DNA from: a virus
Taxonomy: Duplodnaviria > Caudoviricetes
Strand: one strand, 5' to 3'
DNA: 64,000 nt
Virus record (IMG/VR): IMGVR_UViG_2609460227_000001
Coordinates: 1-64,000 of that record
Under the pieces are notes generated by a model that saw only the letters and a list, made by a program, of their open reading frames with translations, did no database searches and was not told the origin of the DNA. This document shows positions 22,672-32,284 of the stretch, one piece after another (positions within the stretch are counted from its first letter, which is position 1; the number at the start of each line of letters is the position of its first letter). The position numbers and the translations under genes are program-made.

Positions 22672-22964
22672 GAAATAAAGCTAAAAGCGATACGCTAGTT
22701 GCGTACATGACTAATCAATTGGGTTTGCCTGAATATGTGGTGCGAGCCCGGTTATCAGCAATCCGCTCAACACTAGAGAAAGGCCTGGTCCAAAACGGGA
22801 AAGTAACAATCCGTAAGTTTGGCTCCTTCCGCATATCAATAACGCACGATCGTAAGGTTGTGATCCCTGGTAGAGAAACGAGCATCAAAAGTAAATCGGT
22901 GCGTATTGTCTTTCGACCATCAAGAAAATTACTTACCGAATACCTTGGCGAGAAAGAGCAATGA
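22668..22964 (+). CDS. HU/IHF-family DNA-bending protein 2
   Basis: NGKVTIRKFGSFRI...RIVFRPSRKLL; ATGA overlap with the previous gene. Confidence 0.8.
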   Translation: MRNKAKSDTLVAYMTNQLGLPEYVVRARLSAIRSTLEKGLVQNGKVTIRKFGSFRISITHDRKVVIPGRETSIKSKSVRIVFRPSRKLLTEYLGEKEQ

Positions 22965-23152
22965 TGGACAGATACAGAATCCGCCCCTGCCGTCTTGCCG
23001 AGGGGTTCGTTATCCAGCAACGCATGAATGACGACGATCATTATGGCCCCGTTTACCGTGGTTCGTCCGTGCTGGTGGCAAAAACATACATTGAGGCGCA
23101 AGGGCATTTATCGCAATTGCAAACACGAAACATTGGAGTAAATCATGACTGA
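22961..23152 (+). CDS. Hypothetical protein
   Basis: 63-aa ORF overlapping both neighbours in an operon. Confidence 0.5.
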   Translation: MMDRYRIRPCRLAEGFVIQQRMNDDDHYGPVYRGSSVLVAKTYIEAQGHLSQLQTRNIGVNHD

Positions 23153-23831
23153 GCGACAAGAGACATTTGTCTGGCTGGATTTAGAAACTGGCGGCCTTAT
23201 GGGTAAGCAAGAAAACGGCCAAATGGGTGAGGCGTATTACCCGATTTTAGAAGTAGCGGTGATCCTGACAGACAGAAACCTAGACCGCATTGGCGAACCA
23301 TTACGCATGGCCATCTTCCAAGAAGAAGACGAAATAGCCAAATGTGATCCATGGGCCCAAAAAACGCATGAAGAATCCGGCCTTCTGAAAGATGTCCGTG
23401 AGTCTGGCGTAACGCTGGCCGATGCCGAAAAGCAGATCCTAAAGCTACTGAAAAAGCATGGCATCAAGAAGTTTGAACATAAGGCCACCAGCATTGGCAT
23501 TCTAGCGGGTAGTTCGGTTCACTTTGACCGTGCATTCATCCGTTGCCAGATGGCAGAGCTAGATAAATTCCTGCATTACCGTTTATTTGATGTAAGCCCG
23601 TTTGATATTGCCAGCCGAGCATGGAATCCAGAGCTATCAGCGCAGCATGATAAGCGCCTAAAGCATGAAGCCCTGGCCGACATCGAGGACAGCATTAACG
23701 AAGCCCGTATTTACCGTGATCTATTCATTGGTAAGGACCGTGGTTCATTTCGCGCCGGTTATGAGCGTGGTGCGTCTGCTGGTGGTGTAGAGAACATGGA
23801 TCAGCATTGGGTGGATTACCGAAATGCTTGA
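23145..23831 (+). CDS. orn: Oligoribonuclease-like DEDDh exonuclease
   Basis: VWLDLETGGL, ILEVAVILTD, THEESGLL, GSSVHFDRAFI, FLHYRLFDVS, HEALADIEDSINE. Confidence 0.85.
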   Translation: MTERQETFVWLDLETGGLMGKQENGQMGEAYYPILEVAVILTDRNLDRIGEPLRMAIFQEEDEIAKCDPWAQKTHEESGLLKDVRESGVTLADAEKQILKLLKKHGIKKFEHKATSIGILAGSSVHFDRAFIRCQMAELDKFLHYRLFDVSPFDIASRAWNPELSAQHDKRLKHEALADIEDSINEARIYRDLFIGKDRGSFRAGYERGASAGGVENMDQHWVDYRNA

Positions 23832-24039
23832 TATGGATACGTTGACCGGCCGATTGTCGGTTTACGCAATGCGCCTGGTCGCTGCAGCGGTGGCCGTGAC
23901 ATTGGCTTGCGGCATTGTTGGCGGGACGTATTACGCAACGATGCCCTGGCGTGCAAAACAAGAGGCTAACGCAATACTGATTGTTGGCCAGGCCCAGGCG
24001 ATGATTTCCCACCAGGGAACGCAGGCAAAAACAAAGTAA
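23824..24039 (+). CDS. Small membrane protein
   Basis: One hydrophobic helix, LVAAAVAVTLACGIVGG. Confidence 0.5.
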   Translation: MLDMDTLTGRLSVYAMRLVAAAVAVTLACGIVGGTYYATMPWRAKQEANAILIVGQAQAMISHQGTQAKTK

Positions 24040-24119
24040 TCCGTTGATACAACGGCGAGAGATATACGTAATTAACTCTATCCTAAATTAACCGTTAGGA
24101 TAGAGTTGGAAACAGCAAA

Positions 24120-24710
24120 ATGGCCATCCTAGTAAAATCAACAACTGCCTTAGCAGAAAAGAACCGCTTATCTACAACATGGAAGGCTTTTCGTGACGCC
24201 GAAGCGTTATACGGCAAACCATTCTCTATTGATGTCTGTGCAGAGCCAGAGACAGCTAAGTGCCCAACATTCTTTTGTTCCCCTGACTGGTTTGAATCCG
24301 CCCGCTCAAACGTGCTTACCGGATCGGAATTGGTGTCGTTAAAAGGCAAAAAAATTGTAGGGTTCGACGCCCTGCAGTTGGACTGGCCAAATGATTGGTG
24401 GTGCAACCCACCGTTTGACCGCAAACAAGAATTTATCACGCATGCCCATAAGCAGGCTAAGGCTGGCCGCTCCGGCATGATGCTATTGCCATACGAGGCG
24501 ATCACCGGCTGGTGGCGTCGTCTTGTCGAAGGTAAGGCGAACGCCGTCTATATCCCCGATGGCCGTTATCACTTCTATGAAATCGACGGAGAAACCGAGC
24601 GCGGCGGCGTGAATTTCGGTTCGGTTTTCGTCTTGTTCACACCTCATTTTATCAAAGTTACCCAACGTATCGACTTTGAACGCTATTTCGCAACTAAGGA
24701 CAAAAAGTAA
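24120..24710 (+). CDS. Phage DNA N6-adenine methyltransferase (T1/phage Dam-type)
   Basis: FSIDVCAEPETAKC, DALQLDW, WWCNPPF, GVNFGS motifs. Confidence 0.85.
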   Translation: MAILVKSTTALAEKNRLSTTWKAFRDAEALYGKPFSIDVCAEPETAKCPTFFCSPDWFESARSNVLTGSELVSLKGKKIVGFDALQLDWPNDWWCNPPFDRKQEFITHAHKQAKAGRSGMMLLPYEAITGWWRRLVEGKANAVYIPDGRYHFYEIDGETERGGVNFGSVFVLFTPHFIKVTQRIDFERYFATKDKK

Positions 24711-25628
24711 TGTGGTTTTCTAACGCGATCATCTATCGCCTGACACGCGACATCGAATTTAACCCGGAGACACTAGAGAAGCAGGCCGCCGAGTTCCCAT
24801 ACGTTGAATGCAGTAGCCAGAGTGTGCAGTCGTTCGGCTGGACTAAACCGCTTGGCACGTTTGGCGAAATGCTAACGCACGTTGCCGGTGATGCAATTTT
24901 CATGTGCGCAATGTCTGAAACGCGTGCCGTACCGGCGCAAGTCCTGAAAAAGCAGTGGATGACACTGTAACGGAAATGGAATCAGAGCAAGGCCGCAAGT
25001 TGAAGAATGGCGAGAAGGCGGGAATCCGAGAAAATCAGCTAATCAAACTGCTTCCTCGCGCTTTTAGTAAATACACCAGAACGCAATTAGTGATCATGCC
25101 AAAGGAAGGCCTGATTATCGTTGATGCCGGTAGCTACAAGAAAGCAGAGGATGTGCTTGCCTTGTTACGTAAGACAATTGGCAGCCTGCCAGTGGTCCCA
25201 TATTCACCAGAAAACCGTTTGAACTGACGTTAACGGACTGGGTTCGCCATAGCACGCCGCCTTCTGGCTGGGAGATAGGCACCAGTTGCAAGCTGGAAGG
25301 TGTTTTGGATGGATCCGGTGTGGCGCGATTTAAGGATGAAGACCTAGCCTGCGATGAAGTATTGGCCCATATCGACAATGAAAAGCTAGTGACTGAGTTG
25401 GCAATGAATTGGCGTGGTCAATTTAGCTTTGTTATCGACTCCAAACTTGTCATTAAGCGCCTTAAATTCAGCGATGAACTGAAAGATAAGAATGACGACA
25501 TTGGCCGTGATGAAATGGCTCAACGTCTTGATGCTGATTTTATCTTGTTAGCCGGTGAGTTGAGTGCCTTCTATGACAACGTTGCTGCAGTGATGCCATT
25601 AGCGAAGGAAGATGGCCATGATTGCTAA
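24710..25628 (+). CDS. rdgC: Recombination-associated protein RdgC (P1 HrdC equivalent), two indels
   Basis: [59 protein letters not shown]. Confidence 0.92.
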
Positions 25629-26124
25629 TGCCTTTTCTCACACGGATTCGTCTAGCTTGCCTGCGGGATTCGTTACGAAACCACAAAGTGAAGAAGCAAA
25701 GATTTGGTTATCAAGAGTGAAAAACTTCTGCGCTATTCCGTCAGCCATGAAAGAGCAAGTATTGGCGGCCATGGATGAAAAATCCCTGATTGCCCTTAAA
25801 AAGCTGGTGGATAAACAGGTGTTGGCCAACAAAGAGAGTTTCCGAGAACGCCTGCATGACCTACTGGCATCGTCTGGCCAGACAACAGAAGACCTACTGG
25901 CAGCCATTCAAGATGAAGTCAGCAAAAAGACTCCCCTGGTAAGTCCTGAACCTAACGAACTACAGCGCAAAGAGCAGATCGTGTGGGATTGTTCCATGCC
26001 GAACAACTACAAGACGCCTGCAGAGATTGTGGCAGTTATGGAAGGGCTGGGCATCCAATCTACATCGGCCTCAGTCAGTGCCATCCGTACCCGCCAGCGT
26101 AAGACCGGGATGGTGAACAAATGA
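25618..26124 (+). CDS. Hypothetical protein with possible C-terminal HTH
   Basis: Operonic ORF overlapping the rdgC stop. Confidence 0.55.
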   Translation: MIANAFSHTDSSSLPAGFVTKPQSEEAKIWLSRVKNFCAIPSAMKEQVLAAMDEKSLIALKKLVDKQVLANKESFRERLHDLLASSGQTTEDLLAAIQDEVSKKTPLVSPEPNELQRKEQIVWDCSMPNNYKTPAEIVAVMEGLGIQSTSASVSAIRTRQRKTGMVNK

Positions 26125-27020
26125 GTCTTCTTAAGCGAATAGCGCGGCGTCTTGGTTTTATTGATGCCGACGATATTGAAAAGAAAATGCCAGGCATGGT
26201 GCCTTGTGATGGCCGGAAGGTGGATAAAGGCCGGTACCCGATGTTGTTTGAACGCGGATATGTGCCTGCCGATATACCGCCACCAAAACGCAATAAGCGG
26301 TCCTGCAGTCACACGGTGGTGGTTGGGAAGCCTCAGCGTTCTGAGCCACATTGCCTTTCTCATGCGCACACAATCAACATCGAATCTGACTATGGCAGTC
26401 ATTCGCAAGGGCGAGAGCGTTATCAGTACAGCAATGATAACGATAACGGTGGCTGCAATGACGATTGATTCAGCCAGCGTTACGGCGGTCGCCCTGATTA
26501 AGCTATCTGTAGTGTGTTTCATCGGCGGCATCTTGTTTTGGACCGCATTACAGCTTTTCCCCGGTACCAGGCCGAGAATGCGCAAATTAAAGCAGTATTC
26601 AGAGTTTGGGTATCACGCGGGCATGGCTTTGTTGTTTTTGTCGCTGGTGGTTGATCGCTTTTGGGGCGGCATCCAGTGCCAAATTAACTAGGAGGCGATA
26701 TGACCTGGTTAACGAAACTCTTGTCTGAGTTCATCGATGAAAATCCCGGTCACACGATCACATGGTACGCGAAGCGGTTTGGTTGTTCGCAGCCGACCGC
26801 CAGCAAGGTGATACGAGAAAAGAAAATCCAACTTAAAAAGCCCAAACGGCCCGTTGTCCACCTGACGCGCAAAGAGAAGTACGCCAGATGGCTAGAGAAC
26901 GTAGATGATCATCAAACTACGCGAGCGTAAGACAGATGATTGGCAGCACTGTGGATTGGGAAGCGATGTACAACGACAAGTTAACGCCAATGCAGGCGTG
27001 CCGGAAAGCCGGTGTTAGGT
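26121..27020 (+). CDS. Three small hypothetical ORFs (26121..26468; 26458..26691 two-TM; 26700..~27020 HTH, indel)
   Basis: Overlapping start/stop junctions; AGGAGG RBS before 26700; TITWYAKRFGCSQPTASKVI HTH. Confidence 0.5.
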
Positions 27021-27041
27021 ATTGAGAAGAAGGATACAGCC

Positions 27042-27351
27042 AATGACATCAACTAATAATGAATACCTTCACCGCCAGCTTATCCGGTTGGGCGACATGC
27101 TTGGTGATGGCGATTGCGATCCATGGGTAGGTAGGGAATACCGTCGTGTTGCTACGGCGTTGGGGGTGATGCCACGCCGCAAACGGACAAACAACATTAA
27201 GTTTATCAATGAGGCCATGGCCACAACGTTAGCGACAACGCGATGCCCGTCCTGCAATGGCCAACTAAAGCAAACGCGGTCCGGTTCGATGAGAGGCCAG
27301 TGTCTTGCCTGCAATAAGAAATATCAATTCAAGTCAGTGAAGGTTAAATGA
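27042..27351 (+). CDS. Zinc-ribbon phage protein
   Basis: HRQLIRLGDMLGDG, CPSC and CLAC. Confidence 0.65.
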
Positions 27352-27707
27352 AAAACGAAACACCAACATCCAATGAACATAGGCATACGTTCGATGGCCA
27401 TAGGCATTCACTGCCGCTCGGTGTCTATAACGGCAAAGAGGTACTGTCATGGCCCCGGCAGTTTGCCTTTGAAGCGACAGATGAAAATAAAATGCTGGTG
27501 GTCACATGCGCTCAACTCGGAATGATTGAAAACATCCAATACTTCATTGGCCACCGAGAGTGGCGAACAGTAACAATGATGCGTGTAGAGCTAAAGCAGC
27601 CAAAAGAGGCGCTGTCATTTGCTCACTTTGCCCGTATGGCAGGTAAAACACGTCTGTGTCAGTTGATTGTCAGTGCGTACCACAAACTATGGGAGTTAAG
27701 ATCATGA
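27348..27707 (+). CDS. Hypothetical protein
   Basis: 119-aa ORF with ATGA overlaps. Confidence 0.55.
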   Translation: MKNETPTSNEHRHTFDGHRHSLPLGVYNGKEVLSWPRQFAFEATDENKMLVVTCAQLGMIENIQYFIGHREWRTVTMMRVELKQPKEALSFAHFARMAGKTRLCQLIVSAYHKLWELRS

Positions 27708-28030
27708 ATGAATTTGCGGTATTGGCGGGATACATCAACTATTTCGCGGAACACTTGGCCAAACTAAGCGCGTTTGACGTTATCCAGGTAGTGATCACCT
27801 TTACCGGTGCGGTAGCTATATGGGCGGTGAATAACCCAAACCCGCGTATTAGTCGCTTTGGCTGTATCTTTGGCCTGATTGGCGAACCGTTCTGGCTATA
27901 CACAAGCTGGACAACCGGCGCATGGGGTATCTTTATCCTGGCATGTATCTATACAGGGTGCTGGGCCATGGGGTGTTATCACAATTGGATTGCTGGTTTT
28001 GTAAAAAGTGCTTGCGAGCGGCGATTATAG
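27704..28030 (+). CDS. Small multi-pass membrane protein (PnuC/SWEET-like half, tentative)
   Basis: Three hydrophobic helices; FGLIGEPFWLYTSW...WGIFIL. Confidence 0.55.
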   Translation: MNEFAVLAGYINYFAEHLAKLSAFDVIQVVITFTGAVAIWAVNNPNPRISRFGCIFGLIGEPFWLYTSWTTGAWGIFILACIYTGCWAMGCYHNWIAGFVKSACERRL

Positions 28031-28045
28031 GCGTATTATTCGCTG

Positions 28046-28311
28046 CATCCATCCTAACAAGTTTCTGAACCTGCTTGTTAGGGGTTGTTGACTGCCAACT
28101 TCGTGGATGTCTTCTCTTAAGTTACTATTCCTAATCATCGTGGCCAGGCTCAGTCTGGCCCTTTGTTATCAGTAGTCTGGATTAGTGACCTTAGCGAATC
28201 CTTGAGCAAGCAAATCTTGGTATACCTCCTAAACCTGGGAACACGGTGCCAGCCGTGGGTTATAGACAAATCAGATTTCATGCCCCGATCTAGACCATCG
28301 GGCTTTTTTTC
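28046..28311 (+). ncRNA. Candidate ~265-nt multi-hairpin small RNA
   Basis: TTGCGA-16-TATTAT (28012-39); hairpins CCTAACAAG/CTTGTTAGG, GGCCAG/CTGGCC, CACGG/CCGTG; terminator CCCGAT/ATCGGG then T7; no credible ORF. Confidence 0.5.
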
Positions 28312-28464
28312 GTCTGTACATTGCTATTTCGCCCATAATTCCCTGCCTTAAATTTCGTATAACACCACGTTGGATCAGGCCATTAGCCTTGCACGTCCAC
28401 CAGCAATCACGCCTTATTGATCACGTTATGATCGTTCAGTCTCAAAATGGGATGTTTTTGCCTT

Positions 28465-28550
28465 GTGGGTGATAAAGAGGGGTGACAGGAGTGATAAAAA
28501 GGGTAAGATATTGAAATCACCCGTTCCTAACCGGGTGATATTCCTAACTT
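28465..28550 (+). promoter_or_regulatory. par operon promoter / parC-like repeats
   Basis: Repeated GGGTGA/GAGTGA/GGGTAA and the inverted pair ATCACCCG...CGGGTGAT directly upstream of parM. Confidence 0.5.
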
Positions 28551-29706
28551 ATGACCATAATGCGAGTAATAACAATGAGCGACAAAAAAGCCCTAGAGCA
28601 AGGCAAAGTAGTTCCATTCCTTTTCGCCATCGATGACGGTAGCGGTAACATGGAAATCCACTTTGAAGATGCCAAAGGGAACGTATTTGAATCTAAATCT
28701 GCGTCTTGTGTAGTTGAAGCTGTACTTGCTGACCTTGCTGGTGGCATTTCTAACAACGCATGGGAAACAGAAGGCAAGCAATACACTGTAGCTAAGAGCC
28801 ATACAGACGCGATGGACACCTGCAGTGCTAAATACCAACTATCTCCGGCTAACCGTGTCCTTGTACACAATGCTATTGCTGAGACTGGCGTAGGTTCGCA
28901 GCCTGTTTACCTGGGCGTGACTCTACCAACTGAGCAATTCTATACCGTGGTGCTGGCGCTATCGTTAACCATGAGCGTATTGAGCAGAAGAAAAAGAACC
29001 TTCTAACAGCATGTGAAAACATGACCGGTGCATTTGCCCGTCCTAACATCGCAGGCATCAAGGTGTATCCAGAAGCTATCCCGGCTTACGTTTACACTAG
29101 CTCGCTATCTCCTGAGACATACCCAGCAGAACACACAACGCTTGTTGTTGACCTGGGCCGTTACACTTGTGACCTAGCAATTATCTCTACTGGCTACCAA
29201 GTAACGTCATTCATGACGACAGAACACGGTGTGCAGAAGTTGGTTGATAAGTTCAAGGTACTTCTACAGCAGAAAAGCAGCAGCCTGGGCCTAAATGACA
29301 TTAGCGCATTCAGTGCAACCAACATCGACCAAATCATTGACCTGGGCTACATCGGTTCGACGTTAGAGACAGAACAGGCTATCGCAGCACGTAAAGACGT
29401 TTCTGACCTGGTACTAGAAGCCAAAGAGTTCCTTAACGCCAAGATCCTTGAGGACGCGATTGCCCTAGCTGGTGGCGATTTCTCAATGCTAACGCGTATT
29501 GTGTTCGTAGGTGGCGGTGCAAACTGGCTAAACGAGCAGGCGCAACAGTGTACCACACTGTAGACGTACCTGCAGAACCAGAAATGGCTATCGTTCGTGG
29601 CGCTTACATGATGCTTAAGAACAGCAAGGCATCAATCCTGGCTGAACTAAACATCGATGAGACACCGGCTGCACCAGCGGCAGAAGAAGAACCAACAGAG
29701 GCATAA
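28551..29706 (+). CDS. parM: ParM/StbA actin-like partition ATPase (two indels)
   Basis: FAIDDGSGNM, GVTLP, VYPEAIPA, VVDLGRYTCD, VFVGGGA actin-fold motifs. Confidence 0.88.
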
Positions 29707-29709
29707 TCA

Positions 29710-30156
29710 ATGAGCAAGCCAGTTAATGCGAAGATCAACGTAACCGGTGCGTCAGGTAATGCCCTAGAGCGTTTCTGTGAAATGTACCATGGCAGAGTAG
29801 GCGGTAAGTCAGAGCTAGTGAATGAGCTACTGTCAGCGGGTGTTGTACTCAAAGAGGCTGGCCTGCTCGATATGATTTTAAACCTGGACCAAGACCCGGC
29901 ATTTCGCAGTGCACCAAATACAGTGAAAACCCGCCGTGTTGTTGGTGAGCTATCCGAGCTATTTAGCATGATGGCACCAGTTCAAGCGGTACCGGCACAA
30001 ACGGCAGCAGTCGTTACACCGGCACCAGAGGCCATGCAGCCAATGCCGGAAGTGAAAGCGCCGGTATCAGTTGAAGCAGTGGAGCAGGCAGCGGCAGCAG
30101 TTGCAAAACAGCCGCCAGCACAACCAAATCCCGCAATTCCTGACTTTAGCAGCTAA
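29710..30156 (+). CDS. Putative ParR/StbB-like adaptor
   Basis: Directly after parM; RHH-like N-terminus, Ala/Pro-rich linker, short C-terminal peptide. Confidence 0.6.
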   Translation: MSKPVNAKINVTGASGNALERFCEMYHGRVGGKSELVNELLSAGVVLKEAGLLDMILNLDQDPAFRSAPNTVKTRRVVGELSELFSMMAPVQAVPAQTAAVVTPAPEAMQPMPEVKAPVSVEAVEQAAAAVAKQPPAQPNPAIPDFSS

Positions 30157-30206
30157 TACAGCTAACATAATATAGACCCACCCCCGCGCCTGTTTGAGAG
30201 TACCTT

Positions 30207-30610
30207 ATGACAGGCGCAACACTATCTATCCCTGAAAAACTGGCCCATCGTTTAGCTGTAGACGCACGAAAGCAATCTCGCCGCCGTGAGCGCCTTACTG
30301 CTAGTGGACTGGTATGTTCTTCTGCACCTATGACCGCAGCCGCTTACATGCAGTTGGGGGAATTGCTGGTGCACTTCAATCTGCCAAACTACAACGCAGC
30401 ACTGACAAAAGTGCTTGAATTGATGTCTGGCCAGACACCTCCTTACCCGAAAGTTAAACCTGGCGACCGGCCGGGGCCAAAGTGCGCACGTATTGGCTAC
30501 CAGATGGCGCAATTGAGCGCATCGAGGCGCTAGGCTACAAAGACCGTCTACACGCCATTACATCCCTTGTAAGTGCTTGCCATGAGCAACAGCTAGGGGC
30601 TGCGCAGTAA
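30207..30610 (+). CDS. Hypothetical protein at the position of P1 lpa (indel near 30505)
   Basis: ORF 30207..30533 continues in another frame to a stop at 30610, just before pacA; no sequence similarity to Lpa recognised. Confidence 0.45.
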
Positions 30611-30612
30611 CC

Positions 30613-32282
30613 ATGGCAGTAAAAGTTGATTATGAGCTCCACCAGGCTGAATTAACGAGGCTGGTGGAGTTAGACCCGTCGCTAACGGTTCGTCAGTATT
30701 GCGAGCAATCCGGGTTGGTGTACGCCAGTGCCCGCCGTTACTTAAAGAGCCCACGGGCAGGAAAGACAGAAACGGCCAAAAAGGCCAAGGTAGTGAGAGA
30801 GAAGCGGGAGAAGCGCGGCCGTTCTACGGCCCGCGACTGGCCCGCCATCTACCTTGATTACCTCACATCCTGCCAATCACATCCCGCCTTATCCATCAAT
30901 GAATTTGCCACCGACCGTGGGATCCCACCGGCAAGCGCCAGGAAGAACTTTAACGAGCTAAAAAAGGAAGGTGTGCACGCTGAATTGCAACAGCAAGTCA
31001 GTGATGCCCTGGCATTGTTGAAAGATAAGGCCGGAAGCGGGTACCAACGTAAAGAACGCGCCAGGGCACAGGCGGCCGCCTCGGTCCATATGCCAGGTGA
31101 TAAACGGGATTGGCCCGCGCTGTATGACGCGTTTCTTGATGGCCAGGTAGAGAATCCCGTGTTGAGCATGAGCATCTTTGCGAACGCGAACGGATTACCG
31201 GCGTCAGTGGTGCGCAGAAACTTTGCCGAACAGCGGAAAAGTGGTGCGCATTGCGAGCGTGAAGATCGCGCACGCCAGGCAATTGAGGCGTACCGGGCTA
31301 ATGCAGCGGCAGAAAAGGTTAGGGCTAAAGCCCTGACGGGACGGCAAAAACGGCCACGGGGCCATGAGCGGGCATTGAGTACAGCCGCACCAATTGCTGC
31401 GCATAATGGATCGGAACAAGATCAGGGATCAACAGATCGATCCTTGGGTAGTGCGCATGCGCTATATAACGGGCGCGATAGCGTGGGAGATTCCTACAAG
31501 GCCACGACCTATCTGTTATCCATGGTGGCTATGCCAAGCTATCGGGATTGGATCCCGACATCATCCAAGTGGCCACCGAACTAGACCCGGCATCCCTGGC
31601 GAATGAGTTGGTTGTCGTTCGTTCCCAGTACCTATCGATGATGCAATTCCTGCAGACAGAGCAGGCCGCCATCATTCAGCAATACGCCGAAGGCAATCCC
31701 AAGCTCGACTATGACGACAACGAGATCCCGCTATCGAAGGCATTGGGGGATCTGATGTTCGGTTGTGCTGGCAAGTTGCGCAGCCTCGAAGCATCAATTG
31801 GGGCCATGGTTGGCACGCAAGCCAAGATAATGACCGACTTTGCGAAGATAGCTCAGAAAGAGCATGAGTTATCACCGGTTGACTCACTGACGGCGTTATC
31901 TATCCGCAAACGGATCATGGATGACATGGATAAGAAGGGATGGACCGCATTACAGGCCGCCCGTGAATTTGAGCGCCATGGTATTAAAGTCCCTGAATCT
32001 ATCCTGGAAGAAGCCAAGCGCGAAATTTCAGAATACGAGCCACCAATTGATGATTCCGGTATTAGCGATGATGAGTTGGATCGTCAAACAGCCGAGTATC
32101 TGGCCGAACAGCAGCAATTCCATGACGTATGGCTACCTCAACGCCAGGCAGAGTTAGCAAACATCATTGATACGGAAGTAGAAGACGAGGTAATTAACGA
32201 CGACGAATTGGAGTTAGACGAAGGGGAGTGGGACGACGACGAGGGAATGGATTTATCGGACTTTGATGGCGATGAGGATTAA
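30613..32282 (+). CDS. pacA: Terminase small subunit PacA with extra HTH repeats (indel ~31490)
   Basis: KVDYELH...TVRQYCEQSGLVYASARRYL N-terminus; WTALQAAREFERHGIKVP and acidic tail as in P1 PacA; upstream of pacB. Confidence 0.85.
31409..31442. other. Candidate pac site (GATC cluster inside pacA)
   Basis: Five GATC at 31409, 31420, 31427, 31435 and 31439; P1 pac is a GATC-hexamer cluster within pacA. Confidence 0.5.
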
Positions 32283-32284
32283 TC

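Noticed and set aside
28163-28351. 62-aa ORF
   Set aside because: TTG start without RBS and runs through a strong terminator; the region is better explained as a structured RNA
30207-30610. Assigning the gene name lpa
   Set aside because: Position matches P1 lpa but no sequence similarity is recognisable
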